Positions 11,045 to 20,281 of a stretch of DNA of 64,000 nucleotides are shown piece by piece; the stretch's first letter is position 1; the number at the start of each line of letters is the position of its first letter. Location of the stretch: the NCBI GenBank assembly GCA_963817525.1, contig CAWFOU010000008.1, positions 1 to 64,000 on the forward strand, given 5' to 3'. The translations under genes were made by a program, and so were the position numbers. The DNA comes from an uncultured archaeon (GTDB taxonomy: Archaea > Thermoproteota > Nitrososphaeria > Nitrososphaerales > Gagatemarchaeaceae). Below the pieces are notes generated by a model. That model was not told the origin of the DNA, did not search any database, and saw only the letters and a program-made list of their open reading frames with translations.

Positions 11045-12364
11045 TTGGGCGTGCTGAGGATCCTTCAGGTCATCCATGGGTATCCTCCCAGATACAACGC
11101 GGGCTCGGAAGTTTACACCCAGGCTCTGGCCAACGAGCTGACACGGCAAGGACATTCCGTCGCCGTATTCTCAAGAAAGGAGGATCCTGTGCAACCTGAA
11201 TACGAGCTGTCAGAAGAGGTTGACCCTTCCAATTCTCAAGTTAGGCTGCACACCGTCAATCTGGCAAATAGCCGCGACAGGTTCAGCCATGTCAAAGTGG
11301 ACGATGCCTTTGATGAGGTGCTTGACCGATTCGATCCCGACGTCGTCCACATCGGACACCTCAATCACCTCTCCACGTCGATTGTCCACAGAGCTGCGCG
11401 AAGAAAGAAGCCGATCCTGTTCACGCTTCACGACTTCTGGCTTATGTGCCCCAGGGGGCAGTTTCTGCAACTCAACCTTACGGGCGAGCAAAAGGCCCTC
11501 TGCGACGGCCAGGAGGATCGGAAGTGCGCAACACATTGCTACGCGCGGTACCACACGGGCCTGCCGTATGCTGAAGAGCAGGACATCGCCTACTGGACCG
11601 GATGGGTTGGTGACAGGATGGCACACGTGCACGATCTCGTTGCACACGTGAACCTGTTCATCGCTCCGTCCGAGTATCTCAGAAAGAGGTTCATCGAGGA
11701 GTTCGGTGTTGACGGTGGCCGAGTAATCTATCTTGATTACGGCTTTGACCACAAAAGGCTGGGCCTCCGAGCCCGAAGGAAGGAAAGAGATTTCGTCTTC
11801 GGCTACATCGGAACCCACACTGTCGCCAAAGGCATTGACCTGCTAATCCAGGCGTTCGCAAGGGTCGACGGGAAGGCAAGGCTGCGCGTATGGGGCAGGG
11901 AGAACTCTCAGGTCACGCCCGCGCTAAAGGAGATGGCCGGAAGGCTTTCCTCGCCCAAGCGGGACCAGATTGAATGGCTCGGAGAATATAGGAACGAGGA
12001 CATAGTCAAAGACGTCTTCAACAGCGTCGACGCCGTCGTGGTGCCGTCAATCTGGGTCGAGAACTCCCCGCTGGTCATACACGAAGCTTTGCAAGCGCGA
12101 ATTCCCGTGATAGCCTCGAACCTGGGAGGAATGGCCGAGTACGTGAAGCATGAAGTGAACGGCCTGGTCTTCGAGCCTCGCAACGCCTCCGACCTCGCTC
12201 GTCAGATGCAGCGCTTTGTCGACGACCCGGCGCTGGCTTCAAGGCTGGGAGGGGCCGGATACCTCAAGTCGCAGTCCCACGACGTCCCGTCGATTGAAGA
12301 GCACGCGCGGAACCTCACGACCCTGTACGAAAGCGCGCTTGGCAGGAGAGTTATCGCAGGTTGA
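11045..12364 (+). CDS. Glycosyltransferase family 4 (GT-B)
   Basis: HGYPP...GSEVY N-terminus, TLHDFW, KGIDLLI, VPSIWVENSPLVIHEA; Cys-containing insert. Confidence 0.9.
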   Translation: MGVLRILQVIHGYPPRYNAGSEVYTQALANELTRQGHSVAVFSRKEDPVQPEYELSEEVDPSNSQVRLHTVNLANSRDRFSHVKVDDAFDEVLDRFDPDVVHIGHLNHLSTSIVHRAARRKKPILFTLHDFWLMCPRGQFLQLNLTGEQKALCDGQEDRKCATHCYARYHTGLPYAEEQDIAYWTGWVGDRMAHVHDLVAHVNLFIAPSEYLRKRFIEEFGVDGGRVIYLDYGFDHKRLGLRARRKERDFVFGYIGTHTVAKGIDLLIQAFARVDGKARLRVWGRENSQVTPALKEMAGRLSSPKRDQIEWLGEYRNEDIVKDVFNSVDAVVVPSIWVENSPLVIHEALQARIPVIASNLGGMAEYVKHEVNGLVFEPRNASDLARQMQRFVDDPALASRLGGAGYLKSQSHDVPSIEEHARNLTTLYESALGRRVIAG

Positions 12365-13425
12365 TCGGCGCCATAGATGATGGACCCTGGAGAATCACCT
12401 TCGATACCAATCCAGACGACTGCAACCTTCACTGCGTAATGTGCGAGGAGTTCAGCGAGTTCAGCGAAAAGAGGGTGGGGCGGACATTGGAGAGACGCCC
12501 ACCGCGTCGAATGGACGTCGGTCTGATCAGGAAGGTGGTGGAGGAAGCCTCCAAGCGCGGACTCAAGGAGATCATACCGTCGACGATGGGCGAGCCTCTT
12601 CTCTACCATGAGTTCGAGGAAATCCTCTCGATCTGCGATGAGTTCGGCGTCAAGCTGAATCTGACGACCAACGGAACGTTCCCAGGGAAACCAGTTCGAC
12701 AGTGGGCGCGCCTGATTGCCCCGGTTGCAAGCGACGTCAAGGTATCGTGGAACGGTGCGACCGCAAGGACTGCGGAGTCGATTATGAAGGGAATCAGCTT
12801 TGAAAGAGCCCTCGCCAATGTGAGGGAGTTTGTCGGGGTCCGGGACGAAATTGCGTCGACGGGCGGCAACCGCTGCAGGGTCTCATTTCAGTTGACGTTT
12901 CTGGAGACAAATGTCGACGAGCTGCCTGATGTGGTCAAGCTGGCCGCTTCCCTCGGGGTCGACAGGGTCAAGGGTCACCACCTTTGGGTTCATTTCCAGC
13001 AGATTGCGGGATTATCCATGCGCCGCAGCCCCGCCGCGGTGTCCAGGTGGAACCGGCTCGTTGAGCTGGCCGAAGAGGCCGCAGAGAAGTACCGGCTGCC
13101 GAACGGCCAGCGCGTGCTACTTGAGAACATCTTTCCCCTGGACCCCTCGAGTGATGAGATATCACCTGGAGCGGTCTGCCCCTTCCTGGGGAAGGAGGCC
13201 TGGGTGTCCGCTGAAGGGCGCTTCAACCCGTGCTGTGCGCCGGATGATCTCAGGCGGACTCTGGGAGAGTTCGGCAACCTCAGAGAGAAGGGCATCATGG
13301 AAATCTGGACAGGAGAGGAGTATCGCTCACTCAAGTCGACCTACCTCAATAACGACCTGTGCAGAACGTGCAACATGAGGCAGCCCAGGCCCCAGCCCAC
13401 CCTGCATATGCTGTCAGAGGCCTAG
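12361..13425 (+). CDS. Radical SAM protein with C-terminal SPASM/twitch-like domain
   Basis: CNLHCVMC (CxxxCxxC), GEPLL, TTNGT; C-terminal CPF...PCC...GNL...IW...CRTC. Confidence 0.9.
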   Translation: MIGAIDDGPWRITFDTNPDDCNLHCVMCEEFSEFSEKRVGRTLERRPPRRMDVGLIRKVVEEASKRGLKEIIPSTMGEPLLYHEFEEILSICDEFGVKLNLTTNGTFPGKPVRQWARLIAPVASDVKVSWNGATARTAESIMKGISFERALANVREFVGVRDEIASTGGNRCRVSFQLTFLETNVDELPDVVKLAASLGVDRVKGHHLWVHFQQIAGLSMRRSPAAVSRWNRLVELAEEAAEKYRLPNGQRVLLENIFPLDPSSDEISPGAVCPFLGKEAWVSAEGRFNPCCAPDDLRRTLGEFGNLREKGIMEIWTGEEYRSLKSTYLNNDLCRTCNMRQPRPQPTLHMLSEA

Positions 13426-14366
13426 GTGAGAGGTCGAGCAAGGTCCTCATCACGGGGGGCAACGGCTTCGTGGGAAGCCATGTGGCTGACCGTCTCCTCG
13501 CCCGTGGCAATGTCGTGAGGCTTCTTGACCTGAACTTCGATTGGCATTCGGCTGATACCAGCGCCGAAAGGGTCAACTGCGATGTACTGGATTACAGTGG
13601 ACTTCGGAGGGCGGCGGAATCGGTAGACGCTATCCTTCATCTGGCTGCCGTGTCCAGGGTGGAAGACGCTGAGAGTGATCCAGAGAGATGCATCAGGGTC
13701 AACGTAGGCGGAACAATGAATGTAATCCGCGTAGCCCGCGAGACCTCGAAAGCCCTGGTCTTCGCGTCCAGCCGGGAGGTCTACGGAGACGCCGAAGCCC
13801 TTCCAGTCAACGAAGAGACGCCGAAGAGACCCCTCTCTGCCTATGCGCGCTCGAAGCTCGCTGCCGAAAACCTGCTGGCCGAAGCTGGCATAACGGAGGG
13901 CTTGCGGTACACGATAGTCAGGCTGTCGAACGTCTTTGGCTCGCCCCGCGACAGAAGGGAACGTGTGGTGCCCACGTTCGTCAGGCAGGCACTCGCGGGG
14001 CAGCCGTTGACGATCCATGGTGGGGCACAGTGCATGGATTTCACCTTCATCGATGACGTAGCCGATGCAGTTGCGTCTATTGCCGAGAATCCTGGCCGTT
14101 CGAGAGGGGAAGATTACAACGTGGTGTCCGGACGCTCCCACACCGTAATCGAGCTGGCACGCATGGTGCGGCGTTACACTCGCTCGAAGTCCGAATTCAC
14201 CTTCGAGGGGCCGAGAGCATACTATGCGGGAAGGTTCATCGCAAGCGCTGCCAAGATTGACGCGCTCGCCGGAAGGCAGAACGCGGTGCGTGGACTTGAC
14301 GAGGGGCTACCGTTGTGCATCGATCGCGTCGCAGGTCCCAAGATGATGGAAGCAGTGCACGATTGA
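13359..14366 (+). CDS. NAD-dependent epimerase/dehydratase (extended SDR); true start probably near 13426
   Basis: ITGGNGFVG, HLAA, SSREVYG, YARSK. Confidence 0.9.
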   Translation: MQNVQHEAAQAPAHPAYAVRGLGERSSKVLITGGNGFVGSHVADRLLARGNVVRLLDLNFDWHSADTSAERVNCDVLDYSGLRRAAESVDAILHLAAVSRVEDAESDPERCIRVNVGGTMNVIRVARETSKALVFASSREVYGDAEALPVNEETPKRPLSAYARSKLAAENLLAEAGITEGLRYTIVRLSNVFGSPRDRRERVVPTFVRQALAGQPLTIHGGAQCMDFTFIDDVADAVASIAENPGRSRGEDYNVVSGRSHTVIELARMVRRYTRSKSEFTFEGPRAYYAGRFIASAAKIDALAGRQNAVRGLDEGLPLCIDRVAGPKMMEAVHD

Positions 14367-15085
14367 ATTTCACGCGCGAGCGCCCTGACCTGAGCAAGAT
14401 TCGCATCTCCCCTGACGGAACGCACCACCTGCTCGATGGAAGATCCCTCTATTCTAGGCGATTCTCTTCAGTAATGAATTTCCACGAACCAGGGGTTGCC
14501 GCCGTGAAAGACAATCACGGGTCGTTACACATAGACCTAGCCGGGAAGCCCCTCTACAGACGGCGATTCAAGCAGGCGTTCGGCTTTTATCAGGGGCTTG
14601 CGGCAGTCGCGGATGACTCGCGCTGTTTCCACATCGGTCTCGACGGCAGGCCGGTCTACGGGGAGAGGTACGCGTGGGTTGGCAACTTCCAGGAAGATAG
14701 GGCCGCCGTCAGAGACGTCCAGGGAAGCTACTTTCATATCGACCTTGACGGACGCCGCCCCTACAGAGGGAAATACCGTTATGCCGGCGACTTCAAGCAT
14801 GGATTGGCGGTCGTGTACGATTCCTCAGGAAGCCCATTGTGCATCGACCGGGATGGAAAACAGTTGCGGACGGGAAGCTACCGAGCACTCTGGCAGTATC
14901 ACAAGGACTACGCGGTTGCGGAGGATGGTCGTGGATTCTTCCACGTAGATAAGGAAGGACATGCTATCTACACGAAGAGGTACCGCTGGGTCGAACCCTT
15001 CTACAACGGTTTTTCTCTCGTCGAGGAATTCGATGGAAGGCTCGGCCTCGTCAATGAACGAGGCAAGTGGCAAGCTCACGATTAG
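14363..15085 (+). CDS. WG-repeat-like protein
   Basis: Repeats of F-x-x-G-[LV]-A-[AV]-V...FHI-x-x-x-G-x-P-x-Y; TTG start overlaps the upstream TGA. Confidence 0.75.
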   Translation: MNFTRERPDLSKIRISPDGTHHLLDGRSLYSRRFSSVMNFHEPGVAAVKDNHGSLHIDLAGKPLYRRRFKQAFGFYQGLAAVADDSRCFHIGLDGRPVYGERYAWVGNFQEDRAAVRDVQGSYFHIDLDGRRPYRGKYRYAGDFKHGLAVVYDSSGSPLCIDRDGKQLRTGSYRALWQYHKDYAVAEDGRGFFHVDKEGHAIYTKRYRWVEPFYNGFSLVEEFDGRLGLVNERGKWQAHD

Positions 15086-15185
15086 AAATCAGAAGAGACG
15101 CTAACTAATGTTAGGCTGTCAGGTTCCTAGTCTTGCTAGGGGTTGCAGCCATGGGCCATGGAAAAGGTCCAAAAAAAGAAGAGAG

Positions 15186-15206
15186 GCGGATATGAATAAT
15201 ATCCGC
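15186..15206 (-). terminator. Hairpin followed by a T-tract; probable terminator of the ArdC-like gene, now separated from it by the IS
   Basis: GCGGATAT-N5-ATATCCGC stem; T7 run downstream on the minus strand (15171-15177). Confidence 0.55.
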
Positions 15207-15239
15207 ATTCATGTGAGGGCTCCAGGATGGCTCTTCGCC

Positions 15240-15484
15240 TTCCTGCTGATGCGGAGGGGTGGGCACGGCTCGTTATTAGCCTAGCGACTCGACCGGGGTA
15301 GCAGCTCGCCACGCTCCGCTTTTACCGCATGCATTCGATAAGCGCTCCACCTATGGTGGGCGTATTCTGACGATTCAACGGAAGCGGAGCATGCCACACT
15401 CAACGGGCAAAGCTCTCGGAGCTTGCGCTCCGCGCTCAGCGGATATAGAGTGGTCAGGCGTGCTGCCCTGTCCCGACTGTCGCG
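15240..15484 (-). ncRNA. Candidate bridge/seek RNA in the 3' non-coding end of the IS110 element
   Basis: By eye it folds into two hairpins with large internal loops (GGAGC-GCAA-GCUCC cap; GCUCCGCUU/AAGCGGAGC stem with a CCACC-AUA-GGUGG cap); loop segments match the IS flanks. Confidence 0.6.
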
Positions 15485-16582
15485 CTAGGCTACGCCGCCA
15501 CCTCCTCTCTCGAGGCCTTCGAGCTTCTTGTTCGTGAGCGCTTCGTTCTCCCACCTCCAGTGCTCCCTCGTCTTCAGGACGTGGTAGGTCATCCGGAGCA
15601 GCTTCTTCATCGCGAGGACGTGGGCTCGCTTGCCGCTCTTTGTCCTCTCCTTCTGGTGGACGTAGTACCGGTGGAGGTGGGGGTTCCAGTGCATGACCGT
15701 GTCGGTCATGATCCCGAGGGTCCACCTGGCTATCGACGGGCCGTCCTTGGACATCCTGCCTCTCCTCTTCACGTTCGCGCTGTCGCGCGTCTCCGGTATG
15801 ATCCCGAAGAAGCTCGCCAGGTGGTCGACCGTCGGGAAGCGGTTGACATCCCTGACGTACGAGGAGAAGAGCGCAGCGAGATAGTAGTCCACCCCGGGGA
15901 TCGTCATGAGGAGCTTCACGTCCTCGTTGTCCTTTACGAGCGCCTTGGTCCTCTCCTCGAGCGGAGCGCATCTCTCCTCGTAGAACGCGATCTTCTCCAT
16001 CATCGTCTTCAGGACGAGGTCCCTGTCGTCGCCGAACCTGATCGACCTGATCGCCTCCCTCCTCGCGGCGCTGAAGTTGTTGTTCGCCTTCGGGAGCGTC
16101 GCGTAGACGTCCTCTCTCTTGAGGTAGCTGATCGCCGAGCTCTTCGTCCTCGCGATCTCCACGCCGAGCTTCACCCGCTGAATCAGGAGGTCCCTCAGGA
16201 TCTGTTCCTCCCTCGTGAGGAGGTGCGACTCTGGCAGCATGTCCATGAAGAGTAGCCTCGCGATCTTCTCGGAGTCTGCCCTGTCGTTCTTCTTCTTGGA
16301 CCTCACGATGAGCGCGAGCTCCTTCGGGTGGGCGACCGTGATGTTCTGATATCCCATCGCCCGCAGCCTCCTGTTGACGGGATAGGCCATCGTGCTCGCC
16401 TCGTACCCGATCCTCGCGTCCTTCGGTATCCTGCTGGAGAAGAGGGCGTAGCCCGCGTCGTCCATGGAGAAGTTGAACCTCTCCGATATCTCGCCCAGGA
16501 CGGAGTACATCGTCGCGACGCTGAACTCTTCGCCCAGGTCCAGTCCTACGGCAGGTGTCCTCGGAATGCTCAGTTGGCTCAT
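15485..16582 (-). CDS. IS110-family DEDD recombinase/transposase
   Basis: VGLDLG, GYEAS, KNDRADS (DEDD); TIPGVD and FFGIIPETRDSAN (catalytic Ser region); ORF open to 16639. Confidence 0.95.
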   Translation of the reverse strand: MSQLSIPRTPAVGLDLGEEFSVATMYSVLGEISERFNFSMDDAGYALFSSRIPKDARIGYEASTMAYPVNRRLRAMGYQNITVAHPKELALIVRSKKKNDRADSEKIARLLFMDMLPESHLLTREEQILRDLLIQRVKLGVEIARTKSSAISYLKREDVYATLPKANNNFSAARREAIRSIRFGDDRDLVLKTMMEKIAFYEERCAPLEERTKALVKDNEDVKLLMTIPGVDYYLAALFSSYVRDVNRFPTVDHLASFFGIIPETRDSANVKRRGRMSKDGPSIARWTLGIMTDTVMHWNPHLHRYYVHQKERTKSGKRAHVLAMKKLLRMTYHVLKTREHWRWENEALTNKKLEGLERGGGGVA

Positions 16583-16651
16583 TGCCCTTCGAGCTGTCCT
16601 CGTGTCGTTTTTCTCTTTCTTCGTTGTCATTCTCTTCACCCTGACGCAGTA

Positions 16652-16677
16652 GCGACTCCCGTCCTGACGGGAGTCGC
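16652..16677. repeat. Perfect 12-bp inverted repeat in the IS left end
   Basis: GCGACTCCCGTC-CT-GACGGGAGTCGC. Confidence 0.8.
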
Positions 16678-16725
16678 GGGCGAAGAGCCATCCGGAGGAG
16701 AGCCCTCACAATTCAGTCAACGGCA

Positions 16726-17656
16726 TCAGTTGGCAGGGTAGATCAGGTCCAGGACCTTCTTCGTCCTGTCCAGGACGCGCATGCAGAGCCTTCCGACCAT
16801 CTGGGGGTTGTTGGACTGGGCGTACATGGCGATGTAGCTCCAGCTGAAGCTGTCCGCGGGCCTGCCGTAGAGCCTGGCGAGGGTGGCTGCCACGAGCTGC
16901 GCTATCGTCTCGGCCTCCGGCTCCTGCCCGTGGCCGCTCTTGGGTTCGAAGGTGCTGTGGATTGCGTGGCCCGAGCTCGTGGAAGAAGACGTCCCAGTCC
17001 TCGGTGGCAAGGACGATGGTCTTGTTGGTGTGGTCGGTGGCGCCGTACATGCCCGGGGCCAGTCGCTCGTACTGGACCTTCATCCCGAACCTCTCGGCGA
17101 CCTCCATGAGGGGAGGAGGGTTCCTCGGCTCGTAGACGGGGAGGTCCTGGCCGGACGTGTCCTCGTACCGGAAGACGGGGATCGCTTTGAACCCGATGAG
17201 GACGTCCCTGAACTCCTCCGCCCTGGCTCGCCCTGCTCGTCAACGGCTTCCTTGCTTTGACCTTCTTCCTGACCGGCCCCAGGATCCAGAACGCCTTCGT
17301 GCCCTCTGCAGACCCACCTTCCTGCCTCGTTCCACTGCCGGAAGCCCCTGGCATCAGAGGTTCCAGCCAGCGAGCATCAGGAGCTGGTTGCCGAGGGACC
17401 ACTTCGAGGAGGGCTTCTCGGGCGCGTTGATCAGGGCCTTCGCGCACAGGTCAGGGAGCTCCTTCGAGGAGAAGAGCTGGACTATCTTCTCGAGTTCGGA
17501 GTTTGCTCGTTGCCTCCATGATGCCTCGGTTGCGGCCGGCGTCTGGTGTGCTTCCGGCGTCGGTGTCTCGGCGGCTTCCGCTGGTGACTCTTGGTGGACA
17601 TGAGCGAGTTCGCCTGCCGTTACTTCCGTTTCCTTTCGGCTGGGGGTTTCTTCATC
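16726..17656 (-). pseudogene. ArdC-like protein (ssDNA-binding N-domain plus zincin-like domain), frameshifted
   Basis: Joined frames give KWSLGNQLLM, DARGFRQWNEAGR, TKAFWILGP, IPVFRYEDT, FFHELGHAIH, EAETIAQLVA. Confidence 0.75.
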
Positions 17657-17825
17657 GAGCTTCTCCTTTTTCCCTTACACTTAGTTGCAGAGGGCTATTT
17701 CCTCGCCCACGCTGGGCTCTCCGATGGCGTCCGCTCGCGCCAGATCTTCAAGTGCCGTCCGCAAAAAGAGAAAAATATGGAATACGGCTTCAAAGGCCTG
17801 GTCAGCATTTAACGCGGGTCGGGCA

Positions 17826-17982
17826 GGTTGCCATTCTCGGGACGGCTGTTGGCAACCCTGCAATCAAAATGGCAACCCTGGATGGCGATTTGGCAACCTC
17901 TTGCCTCGGTTTTGGCAACCCCGGGACAGGTTTTGGCAACCTTCAACCCGTAATTTGGCAACCCTGCTTTGCCGCGTTGCCA
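17826..17982. repeat. Iteron-like array of TGGCAACC
   Basis: Direct copies at 17850, 17870, 17891, 17913, 17934, 17956 (20-22 bp period), bracketed by inverted copies at 17826 and 17976. Confidence 0.9.
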
Positions 17983-18835
17983 AAGCCGCGAGCCAAGGGA
18001 GGCGGAGTCTGCCCGGCTCTTGAGGTCGGCAGGATGTCAGTATAGACCTGGAAAATCGGTCCAAAAAACACACAAGGGGGAGGGAATTAACTAACCCGCA
18101 ACTCTCTACCTGCGCTCACATAGGGCTACTGCGTCTCGATTCGGTGGTATTGGCAGCTTGGACAGAGGATCCGCGACGGGCATGAGCTCAAGCAGGGTGG
18201 CCAACGGGACGAAGAGGTCTTTCTAAGGTCCGATGTCGAAGACGTACGCGTTAGCTTCTCGTGTCTGGGGCCTTTGCTGTCCATGTGGGCGATTGGAACG
18301 GCGGCCTCAGAGATCTGCATTGGAGCATCGACCTCCCGATCGCTTTTCCTGATAGGGGGTGCTTTTCCAATCGTGGCCTGGTCGGGGCTGCCCATGATGG
18401 ATCAGCTCCAAAACCTGTTTCGCCCTGTCCAGGACGCGCATGCGGCGCCTCCCAACACTGGGGCTGTTTGATTGGCGGTGTCTACGAAGACTCTTACCGC
18501 GGCGTGAGTGGGGAGGTAAATGTTCGGGCGTGGTTGCGGATCCAGAATCGTTACTTCAGGCGCGAAGTAGCTATTGCGCAGCTCTGCCGCTTGGGCATAG
18601 CCGAGGCTACTGCTCCTCTAACGGCACACTCCTACTGGAGCGGGCCTCTGTTTTTGTTTTGGGGGGGGTTGCTTTGAATAGCGATGGAGAAGTAGGCGGG
18701 GATATTTAACGCGGGCAGACCGCGGCCGTTCCTGTCGCGCTTTCCATGACCTCGGACGCAGTCGAGCCCAACACACTCGGGTGTCGCGAGCCGGTCAGGG
18801 CCGAGCCATGACGAAAAGGCGCGGGTGGCGATGGC

Positions 18836-19192
18836 AAAGTGGACAACTTCAGGAGGTCCGGACGGCGCCAAAGTGGACATCCCGGTCGAAAGTGGACATC
18901 CAGGCAGGTTCGGGGGATGAATGTGGACGTCAAGGGTGCCTAAAATCGGGTCGCGGTTGCAAGATCCATGTCCACTTTCGCGCGCCTAGGGGCGGTAAAT
19001 GTCCACCTTCGGGCCTTCAGCCAGGGCGAAAGAGGTCGTCGATGTCAACCTTTGAGAGCCAAAGGCTTGACATCAAAGCCCAGGCTTGACATTTTGGGTC
19101 CAGGGTTGACATTTTTTGAGGGGAAAGACATCACGTATCCGCGTTGCCCCGGCAATGGGCCTGCATTGTCCACCTTCATGGACGTGGACATG
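18836..19192. repeat. Array of GTGGACAT/GTTGACAT-like motifs in both orientations
   Basis: Copies at about 18839, 18873, 18892, 18923, 18968(rc), 18999(rc), 19042(rc), 19066, 19085, 19105, 19166(rc), 19184. Confidence 0.85.
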
Positions 19193-19226
19193 GGTCGCTT
19201 CGGGCACGAGCCAGCCTAAGGGCTGC

Positions 19227-19355
19227 TAATGCTCCACCCTGGAACATTAGCGCGTTTGGGTTAATGCTCCACCCTGGAACATTATTGCACTTTGGAGTAA
19301 TACGCAACCCTTGCGCATTATCGCGTCTGGACCAATACGCAACCCTTGCGCATTA
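19227..19355. repeat. Four tandem 35-36 bp units, each with a 23-bp imperfect palindrome
   Basis: TAATGCTCCA-CCC-TGGAACATTA at 19227 and 19262; [T/C]AATACGCAA-CCC-TTGCGCATTA at 19298 and 19333. Confidence 0.9.
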
Positions 19356-19706
19356 GCCAGTCCCCCGAGACCAGCGGGTCAGTTTTGACGACGCGCGCCG
19401 TCTCACGGGAGCTGTAGCCATATGCAGGCCACAAGTCTCTGCAAGAGTTATGGCCTACATTGGGCCATAACTTTCGATGCTCACGTCGGACAGGCCTAGC
19501 GAGGATGTTCGCAAGGGAACGATTACGCTCGGCAAGCAATTCGTGGACGGCAAGCTTCTTGGGAGGAAGCGAAAGCGCGTCTAGCGGCGAAGAAAAGATT
19601 TCGAGGCATACGCAAAACATGCCGTCTCAACAACAAGCGCAAAATTTAGTAGAATGCAAGCGGAATGCTTCCGATTTTTGTGGGACCCGAGCACAATCCG
19701 CTCGGC

Positions 19707-19781
19707 TAAGGCACAACCCTTGTGCATTAGCTCGTTTGGGCCAATGCACAACCTTTGTGCATTAACCAGTCCGGGAGACCG
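19707..19781. repeat. Two further palindrome units
   Basis: TAAGGCACAA-CCC-TTGTGCATTA (19707) and CAATGCACAA-CCT-TTGTGCATTA (19742), followed by CCAGTCC..GAGACC as after the first block. Confidence 0.88.
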
Positions 19782-20030
19782 TGATACCCAGGTCAGAGAC
19801 GCAATCAGGCGCTAAAGATCCTATTCGCGGTTCTCGCCGTTCAATCGCGGGCGTTCCCTCCTCTGGAGGGCCCGAGACCCGCTAGGCTGTCATTAAACCG
19901 CAAGTGGTGAGTAGCGGCAGAGCTATTTATTCTGACATCTGGAACGTGGTTCCAGACGTGCTTGCCCGCCCCGAAGAAGGAATATCTTGGAACTTTTAGT
20001 AATCTGGTTCGGGCAACTTTCCTGGCCACC

Positions 20031-20088
20031 AATGTCCACCTTAGCTGGACAAGGCTGGACATGTCAACCCCTACCATGTCCACCCTTC
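20031..20088. repeat. Second cluster of ATGTCCAC/TGGACA motifs
   Basis: Copies at 20032, 20045, 20055, 20061, 20076. Confidence 0.75.
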
Positions 20089-20281
20089 AAGGCTAAGGGA
20101 CAAGGGTTGTCACATGTTCCCACCAGACAGTGAGGAGAGCTTGATTCTGTACCCGTGTTAAATATGCAGAACCAGAATACATCCATGGTCCAGGAAGGTC
20201 ACGAGGCTGAGAAGAGAGAGTTCGTAACGGTCAGGAGAGCTGACCTAGAGAGGATCATGGCCCTCCTTTCGAGGCTGGAAG

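Larger units (their letters stand above)
15212..16710 (-). mobile_element. IS110-family element (IS1111-like organisation)
   Basis: Inverted repeats TGTGAGGGCTC-(1 or 5 nt)-[A/C]GGATGGCTCTTCGCC at 15212-15239 and 16679-16710; ATTCA directly flanks both ends; long 3' non-coding end. Confidence 0.88.

Noticed and set aside
12361-13425. Prokaryotic viperin
   Set aside because: Lacks the viperin-type N-x-H...CNYxCxFC context, has a SPASM-like tail and sits in a sugar-modifying operon
19227-19781. CRISPR array
   Set aside because: Linkers are only 12-13 bp and resemble each other, the repeats themselves vary, and no cas genes are present
17681-20083. Short ORFs across the repeat tract, including 18126..18395
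   Set aside because: No recognisable domains or codon bias; periodicity comes from DNA repeats with 20-22 bp spacing that is not frame-preserving. A small real gene at 18126..18395 cannot be excluded
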